Position numbers and translations under genes: made by a program
Notes under the pieces: generated by a model
The model's database searches: none
What the model saw: the letters and a program-made list of their open reading frames with translations, nothing else
What the model was told of the DNA's origin: nothing
Shown: positions 58,679 to 64,000 of the stretch, in pieces
Layout: every line of letters begins with the position of its first letter
Position numbering within the stretch: the stretch's first letter is position 1
DNA from: Oscillospiraceae bacterium
GTDB taxonomy: Bacteria; Bacillota; Clostridia; Oscillospirales; Oscillospiraceae
Length of the DNA: 64,000 nt
Direction: 5' to 3'
NCBI GenBank assembly: GCA_017621795.1
Contig: JAGASJ010000004.1
Location: forward strand, 14,988-78,987

Positions 58679-59140
58679 CTACTGTTTGTTTACAAGTTCA
58701 CCATCAAAATGCTTCATAATAGTGACACCTTTTTCTCTTGGTAAGTCGTCAATACCTATATTGGGAAATGTTTTTGCTTTTCGCCTTGCGATGATAAATG
58801 TAACAAGAAATATCACTGCTGCCAGTACACCAACAATAAGGAGCGCGATCCATCTATCTATGGTACAGTTCCCGAGAACACCAATCAGGTATCCTGCTAC
58901 CAAATAGCTGAACGCAATTCTATTTGTCCAAGCAGAATTGACTGCTTCCTCAAGGCCACTACGATCCAACAGTGATCCATCATTTTGTATTGCGATAGCC
59001 TTGTGTTTCTGACAGTATGCCTTAATGATTTTTTCAGGCCTAATATCTGTGTTTCCGACCAAGAGTATTGCTGCAGCCAACTGCAGTGCAATCGCCAAAA
59101 TATACATCACATTCTCAAAAATAATGTTAAACAATCCCAT
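58679..59140 (-). CDS. Membrane protein (~3 TM helices), co-oriented upstream of the cyclase-like gene
   Basis: Hydrophobic segments YILAIALQLAAAILLV, IAFSYLVAGYLIGVLG, WIALLIVGVLAAVIFLVTFIIA; 19-bp gap containing AGGAGGAG RBS. Confidence 0.75.
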   Translation of the reverse strand: MGLFNIIFENVMYILAIALQLAAAILLVGNTDIRPEKIIKAYCQKHKAIAIQNDGSLLDRSGLEEAVNSAWTNRIAFSYLVAGYLIGVLGNCTIDRWIALLIVGVLAAVIFLVTFIIARRKAKTFPNIGIDDLPREKGVTIMKHFDGELVNKQ

Positions 59141-59376
59141 ATGTAATCTCCTTCAAATCTATATAGTAGAATTTTAAAACCATAGTTATATGTATTTATT
59201 ATACCAAAAAGTGACAGTTATTCAACAGTATTTCTATTCCACACTCCCACCCAACGTTGAGCTGTGATACTGGAAAACAGCGGTCAGCAACAATCAACAC
59301 CAATCTTAACCCGGCGTTGGTGTCAAAATTGGTGTCAAACGAAGTTTGATATATTCAATTCGCCTTAAAAAGTTAG

Positions 59377-59413
59377 AAAAACATCCGTTTTCGAAAAGAA
59401 AACGGATGTTTTT
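59377..59413 (-). terminator. tRNA-fMet terminator
   Basis: AAAAACATCCGTTTTC-GAAAA-GAAAACGGATGTTTTT. Confidence 0.8.
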
Positions 59414-59414
59414 A

Positions 59415-59490
59415 TGGTTGCGGAGGCAGGACTCGAACCTACGACCTCCGGGTTATGAGCCCGACGAGCTTCCAACTGCTCTACTCCGCG
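59415..59490 (-). tRNA. tRNA-fMet (initiator, anticodon CAT)
   Basis: CGCGGAGTAGAGCAGTTGGAAGCTCGTCGGGCTCATAACCCGGAGGTCGTAGGTTCGAGTCCTGCCTCCGCAACCA; C1:A72 mismatch, GGG/CCC anticodon stem, CCA end. Confidence 0.97.
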
Positions 59491-59539
59491 ATATTCATTT
59501 TCACTTTCCTCAATACGGAGCACTCCTGAGTGCCTGTGT

Positions 59540-59568
59540 ATTGTATCACAAGGGGGACTGTTTGTCAA
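59540..59568 (-). promoter_or_regulatory. Sigma-A promoter of tRNA-fMet
   Basis: TTGACA-17 bp-TACAAT with extended TG. Confidence 0.7.
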
Positions 59569-59768
59569 GGACTAAAATGTCGACCGTCTTCGACCGTTTA
59601 TGCGTCCATACACAATATATGAAATTGCGTGTGATTTTATGTGAAAGGGATTGACTTTCTATGAGGATTTTTATAAGATAAAATTGTGCTTTGCGTGTGC
59701 ATTTCGATCACGCAAAGGAAAACAGCGAACAAAATTGTTCCCTAAAATAAAAAACGGAGGAAAAAACG

Positions 59769-60134
59769 ATGGGTAAATTTGTATTAAAGGAAACCGCAAC
59801 AGGATTTAAATTTGACTTAAAGTCCGGCAACGGCCAGGTGATCGCCACCTCTGAAGTTTATTCCACCAAGGCTGCATGTCTCAACGGCATTGAAAGTGTA
59901 AAGGCCAACTGCGTTGGCGGCGTTGAGGATCAGACTGTAGAGCCCGTTGTGGCTGTCAGCCATCCCAAGTTTGAAATCTACACGGACAAGGCCGGTGAAT
60001 TTCGTTTCCGCCTGAAGGCTAAAAACGGCGAGATCATCGCAACCTCCGAGGGCTACACCTCTAAGAGTAGTTGCGAAAACGGCATCGACAGCGTCAAGAA
60101 AAATGCGCCCGATGCAGAGACTGTAACCGAATAA
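59769..60134 (+). CDS. YegP family (DUF1508) protein
   Basis: Tandem F.LK..NG..IATSE.Y..K..C.NGI.SVK.N repeats. Confidence 0.9.
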   Translation: MGKFVLKETATGFKFDLKSGNGQVIATSEVYSTKAACLNGIESVKANCVGGVEDQTVEPVVAVSHPKFEIYTDKAGEFRFRLKAKNGEIIATSEGYTSKSSCENGIDSVKKNAPDAETVTE

Positions 60135-60147
60135 CACAAAACGATCA

Positions 60148-60177
60148 ACGCCCAGGTGGATTCCACCTGGGCGTTTT
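60148..60177. terminator. Terminator between yegP-like gene and metK
   Basis: AACGCCCAGGTGGA-T-TCCACCTGGGCGTT followed by TT. Confidence 0.75.
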
Positions 60178-60184
60178 ACTATAT

Positions 60185-61327
60185 TCAATTTGCCAGCTGT
60201 TGCAGCTTGCTGACAAGATCCGTCTGCTCCCAAGGCAGGCTGTCTACGCCGAAATGACCTTCCATTGCGGTCTTGCCGTAGATGGGGCGGCGCAGCTCCA
60301 GCTTCTTGATGATGCCTGCAGGAGTCAGGTCACAGGTCTTGCGCAAAAGCTCGGTGAGCTTTTCATCGGACACCTTGCCTGTGCCGTAGCTGTCTACGCG
60401 GACAGACACCGGCTCTGCCACGCCGATGGCGTATGCCAGCTGCACCTGCACCCGGGTCGCCAGGCCTGCGGCGACCAAATTCTTTGCCATATAGCGGGCC
60501 ATATATGCACCGCTTCTATCCACCTTGGTGGGATCCTTGCCGGAAAACGCACCGCCGCCGTGGGAGAAATAGCCGCCGTATGTATCCACGATGATCTTAC
60601 GGCCGGTCAGACCGGTATCACCGTTGGGGCCGCCAATGACGAAATTTCCGGTGGGATTGATGTGAATGTGCTTTACATCGTCGATGCTGAAGCCATACTT
60701 TTTCAGTACCGGTGCAATAACGCCCTCACGAATATAACGGCGCAGCTCCCCGATCTCAAAATCCGCGCTGTGCATAACCGATACCACCACGGTATCAATG
60801 CCCACGATGCGGTTTTCTGCATCAAATTCCACAGACACCTGGGTTTTGCCGTCAGCTCGAAGCAGATCATTGCTGCGGATGCACTCGGTCAGGCGGTTAG
60901 ACAGGGCGCGGGACAGTGCGGCAGGCAGAGGCATCAGCTCCGGAGTATGGGTACAGGCGCCGCCGAACATCATTCCCTGGTCGCCTGCGCCGCCAACCTC
61001 GTCGTTGGTGCCCAATGCGATATCCGCGGACTGGGTATGGATCTTACACACAATTTCCACTGTGTCTGCGTCAAAGCCGTCACCGGGATACACATAACCG
61101 ATCTGACGAATGACCTGACGGGCAACCGCCGCGTAATCTACCTGTGCTTTGGTGGTGATCTCGCCGCAGATCAGGCAAAAATCGGTGGTAACCATGGTTT
61201 CACATGCTACACGGGAGCCTGCATCCTGAGCCAGGCAGGCGTCTAAGATCGCATCAGAAATACAGTCTGCTACCTTGTCGGGGTGACCGCAGGTAACACA
61301 CTCAGAAGTAAATAATCTCTTTTCCAC
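60185..61327 (-). CDS. metK: S-adenosylmethionine synthetase
   Basis: [36 protein letters not shown]; GTG start 61327. Confidence 0.97.
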   Translation of the reverse strand: MEKRLFTSECVTCGHPDKVADCISDAILDACLAQDAGSRVACETMVTTDFCLICGEITTKAQVDYAAVARQVIRQIGYVYPGDGFDADTVEIVCKIHTQSADIALGTNDEVGGAGDQGMMFGGACTHTPELMPLPAALSRALSNRLTECIRSNDLLRADGKTQVSVEFDAENRIVGIDTVVVSVMHSADFEIGELRRYIREGVIAPVLKKYGFSIDDVKHIHINPTGNFVIGGPNGDTGLTGRKIIVDTYGGYFSHGGGAFSGKDPTKVDRSGAYMARYMAKNLVAAGLATRVQVQLAYAIGVAEPVSVRVDSYGTGKVSDEKLTELLRKTCDLTPAGIIKKLELRRPIYGKTAMEGHFGVDSLPWEQTDLVSKLQQLAN

Positions 61328-61372
61328 TTTTATATTCCTTTCTTTTGGGTATTTTCTGCTTTGTACCAAAAA

Positions 61373-61504
61373 CAAAAATCGCACACCGAAGACCCGATGT
61401 GCGTTCTATCGAATCCTCATCTGTCGTTGCCGCCGGATTTGGCACCTTGAATACTCAGGTTGCCGGGTTTCATCGGGCCGTTCCCTCCACCACTCTTGAT
61501 AAGG
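61373..61504 (-). promoter_or_regulatory. SAM-I (S-box) riboswitch with downstream intrinsic terminator
   Basis: CTTATCAAGAG-TGGTGGAGGGAACGGCCCGATGAAACCCGGCAACC...GGTGCCAAATCC...GATGAG (61415-61504), then CGCACATCG...CGGTGTGCG-ATTTTT; lies upstream of metK. Confidence 0.95.
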
Positions 61505-61640
61505 CTTGTATGCAATTCGTGATTATTTTACTATTTTTTACCCAAAAGTCAAGGGCTTTCCCAAATAATTCATAAAATTTTAATGGACTTTTTGCCGGTG
61601 CAATGGTATCATAGATGCAATGTGAAAAGGAAGTGATTTT

Positions 61641-62585
61641 TTGAGCAAGCTTCGACGCAAATTTGACCGTTTCTGCTTTAAACACCGTTCAAAGGGCATT
61701 CCCAATCTGATGCTGTTTGTTGCTATCGGCTCTGTCGTGACAACGATGATGGACCTGCTCGGATACACCTATATATATGAAATGCTGGTGTTTGACTACG
61801 ACCGCATCCTCAAAGGAGAGGTTTGGCGTTTAGTAACCTATGTGTTCACGATGAAATCAAACATCCTGTCCGCGCTGATCACCGCGTACTGCTACTATTT
61901 CCTGGGACGGGCAGTGGAAAACGCAATGGGTACATTTAAATTTAACTTGTACTACTTTTCCTCCATCCTGCTGATGGATATTTTCCTGATGGCTGTAGGC
62001 GGAGAAACAATAGACATCTTCCATTACCCCAGTTTAGTACCCAGTGTCCAAAGCATCACCACCTTTTATGCGATGCTTGCCGGGCCGTTTCTCCATCTAA
62101 GTATGGTGCTGTGCTTTGCTACACTGTATCCCGACACCCGATTTCTGCTTTTCTTCCTTATTCCCATCAGAGCCTGGGTCTTAGCACTTTTCTATATGAT
62201 TTACCTGGTGTTCAGTGTTGCAGAGTTTGTGCACGGCGGCTTGTACTTCCCCCACTATCTGTTCCCGCTGGTCCCCATTTTGAATTACCTGCTGTTTTTT
62301 GGCAAGGATTGTCTGAATATTATTCCCGGCGTTTGGAAATATCAGAAAAGACCTCCCAAAACAGTACCCCATACCCCGCCCAAAAAGGCGTCCCGTCCGC
62401 AATCCGGTTCCATCCCCTTCGACCGTGGCGCGCAAAAAGGCACACCGTCTTATACCCACCGCTGCACCGTGTGCGGCAGGACGGATGCCACAAATCCCGA
62501 GCTGGAATTCAGATATTGCTCCAAGTGCAGCGGCTACTTCTGCTACTGCCAGGATCACATCAGCAATCACACCCATATTGAATAA
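61641..62585 (+). CDS. Rhomboid-like intramembrane protein with C-terminal zinc-finger-like tail
   Basis: GEVWRLVTY motif, several TMs, HRCTVCGRT...YCSKC...YCQDH...H. Confidence 0.75.
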   Translation: MSKLRRKFDRFCFKHRSKGIPNLMLFVAIGSVVTTMMDLLGYTYIYEMLVFDYDRILKGEVWRLVTYVFTMKSNILSALITAYCYYFLGRAVENAMGTFKFNLYYFSSILLMDIFLMAVGGETIDIFHYPSLVPSVQSITTFYAMLAGPFLHLSMVLCFATLYPDTRFLLFFLIPIRAWVLALFYMIYLVFSVAEFVHGGLYFPHYLFPLVPILNYLLFFGKDCLNIIPGVWKYQKRPPKTVPHTPPKKASRPQSGSIPFDRGAQKGTPSYTHRCTVCGRTDATNPELEFRYCSKCSGYFCYCQDHISNHTHIE

Positions 62586-62601
62586 TCGTTGATCACAAAC
62601 T

Positions 62602-62630
62602 TTGGGGTCAGGCAATAAGCCTGACCCCAA
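62602..62630. terminator. Hairpin between convergent genes
   Basis: TTGGGGTCAGGC-AATAA-GCCTGACCCCAA. Confidence 0.65.
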
Positions 62631-62648
62631 CATTTATTATGAAGCTTT

Positions 62649-63590
62649 TTAACCTAACCGACTGCCAACGTACCGCAATGCTTCGATTTGGTCGCTGTCA
62701 AATGAGCCGTCACGGTTTAGCTTGCAGTCAAAGGTCACAACACCGCCTGCGGAAATTACCCTTTGGGCATAAGCACAAAGGGATTCCTTTGTGTAATGTA
62801 ATCCGCCGCCGGCCCATGTTGCGCCGATCCCTCTGTCTTCAGCGCCGATGGGCAGCAGAATGTGTGTTTGCGCACCGTTACAAAACCGTGATTCCGGGAC
62901 CACAGAAAAGTCGACCTGTTCACCGGAAGTAAATTCTTCCTCAGAATAGTATTTGTAAACATAGGGTTTCACACCGTTATTAAAGGCGACGATGGCATCC
63001 GGATTTCCTGCCTTGATCGCGCTGTAAAACGGCTGCAGTTTCTCTTCGGTGTAGCCAAATTCCTCCCGGTACATTCCATCCAGCCACCAGCCTTTTACCT
63101 TGTTGCCGTACCGAAGCGAATAATCCTTCAAAACATCCGACCATTTTTTTACAAACTCCATTGAGATGTTTTGCCGCGGTTCCGTAAACCCGAACAGCTT
63201 TCCAATTTGTTCGTCCTTATATGGTCCGTCGCCTGTAAAATAAAGATACAGGTCAATATCATATTTGCTCAGCTCCTGATATAATTCTTCAATCAGGTCA
63301 CGCCGGCTCAGGCATTCATCCGCAATTTCGTCCCCGACGATATTGCGATATGCACCGTTTTCAGCGATCATATATTTTCTGCCCTGCATCACGGTAATAA
63401 AGTAGTATCCGGCACCAATATCGTGCAGCGTTTTGGCAAGACGCTTTACATCCAACGCTTCGGTACATACATTCCAATCCGTCTCTCCTGCATTTTGGTT
63501 GTTCGTAAAAAGGGGATTGTTTTGAATATTATACAAATAGTGATGGAATACGCCCCATTTTTTACTGTTTATCCGGTCTGTAATATGCAT
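62649..63590 (-). CDS. GH29-like (alpha-L-fucosidase-related) TIM-barrel glycoside hydrolase
   Basis: WGVFHH, GAGYYFIT, RDLIEEL, YGNKVKGWWLDG nucleophile motif; ATG 63590 behind GGAGG. Confidence 0.65.
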   Translation of the reverse strand: MHITDRINSKKWGVFHHYLYNIQNNPLFTNNQNAGETDWNVCTEALDVKRLAKTLHDIGAGYYFITVMQGRKYMIAENGAYRNIVGDEIADECLSRRDLIEELYQELSKYDIDLYLYFTGDGPYKDEQIGKLFGFTEPRQNISMEFVKKWSDVLKDYSLRYGNKVKGWWLDGMYREEFGYTEEKLQPFYSAIKAGNPDAIVAFNNGVKPYVYKYYSEEEFTSGEQVDFSVVPESRFCNGAQTHILLPIGAEDRGIGATWAGGGLHYTKESLCAYAQRVISAGGVVTFDCKLNRDGSFDSDQIEALRYVGSRLG

Positions 63591-63645
63591 CCGAATACCT
63601 CCTGCGACCTGTTTGCCTTCTGCGCCAAATGTGAACACTTGTGCC

Positions 63646-64000
63646 TTACAGGGTATAGCCGATGCAGGTAATATCCTGCGCTTCATCCTGTGTGGGGGTA
63701 AAGGTCACTGTGCGGCGTTCGCCCGGCAAAAGGGAGAAGTAGCTGTCGCTGAACACCCCGTCCCCTTCCAGTGCCACGGCGTGCACATAGCCCTGTGCTT
63801 CTACCGTAACAGAAGTCTTCGTCTTTTCCACAATATGCAGACAATCGGTCTTATACAGTTCCAGCTTGCCCATTTTATAGAAGCAGCGGTCCTGAATTTG
63901 GGCATTTTGCAGGTCGCAAATCAGGATTTCGTCCTGCTCCAATACTTCCTGCAGGGGCAGCTTCGTCACTGCCTGCCCATCCACCTGAACAGTCAGACGG
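63646..64000 (-). CDS. C-terminus of a probable GH2 beta-mannosidase (runs off window end)
   Basis: VHAVALEGDGVFSDSYFSLLPGERRTV, C-terminal Ig-domain motif typical of beta-mannosidases. Confidence 0.6.
   Translation of the reverse strand, partial: RLTVQVDGQAVTKLPLQEVLEQDEILICDLQNAQIQDRCFYKMGKLELYKTDCLHIVEKTKTSVTVEAQGYVHAVALEGDGVFSDSYFSLLPGERRTVTFTPTQDEAQDITCIGYTL

Larger units (their letters stand above)
48074..59459. mobile_element. ~11.3-kb integrative element inserted in tRNA-fMet
   Basis: Exact 45-bp terminal direct repeats, tyrosine integrase, paired TTGG(T/C)GTCA motifs near both ends, AT-rich cargo. Confidence 0.92.

Noticed and set aside
48074-59459. Prophage or ICE
   Set aside because: No capsid, terminase, tail, lysis, relaxase or T4SS genes recognisable within the att boundaries
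59346-59654. ORFs overlapping tRNA-fMet
   Set aside because: Spurious translations of the tRNA, its terminator and its promoter

Overview
The window comes from a Clostridia-like (Oscillospiraceae/Ruminococcaceae-like) gut firmicute; the taxonomy is inferred from gene content and repeat style. (1) 1-41.6 kb is a large host-glycan (N-/O-glycan) utilisation locus. It has two GH38 alpha-mannosidases, two GH20 hexosaminidases, a GH112 phosphorylase (gnpA/lnpA), DUF4091 (GH123-like), DUF6259, GH78, a 5'-truncated GH35, an ABC importer, and ROK and AraC regulators. It also encodes two giant surface proteins (2058 and 1637 aa) built from a repeated CBM-like module and helical spacers, plus an adjacent dockerin-like/cohesin-like pair. 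Two small MITE-like insertions and a deletion junction lie in this part. (2) About 41.7-59.46 kb is an AT-richer tandem island array at the 3' end of tRNA-fMet. One part is a degenerate defence island (Kiwa plus a C protein, double-domain m5C MTase and REase). The other is an apparently intact ~11.3 kb tyrosine-integrase element with a 45-bp att duplication and paired arm-like sites. That element encodes a resolvase, a DUF669-like SSB, a small family-A/T7-like polymerase, an unknown 4-gene membrane/Cys-rich operon, and a class III cyclase-like gene paired with a membrane protein (Pycsar-like layout). (3) 59.4-64 kb holds tRNA-fMet, yegP-like, metK with a SAM-I riboswitch, a rhomboid-like gene, and GH29-like and GH2 genes. 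All family calls are by eye from motifs; no database search was run.
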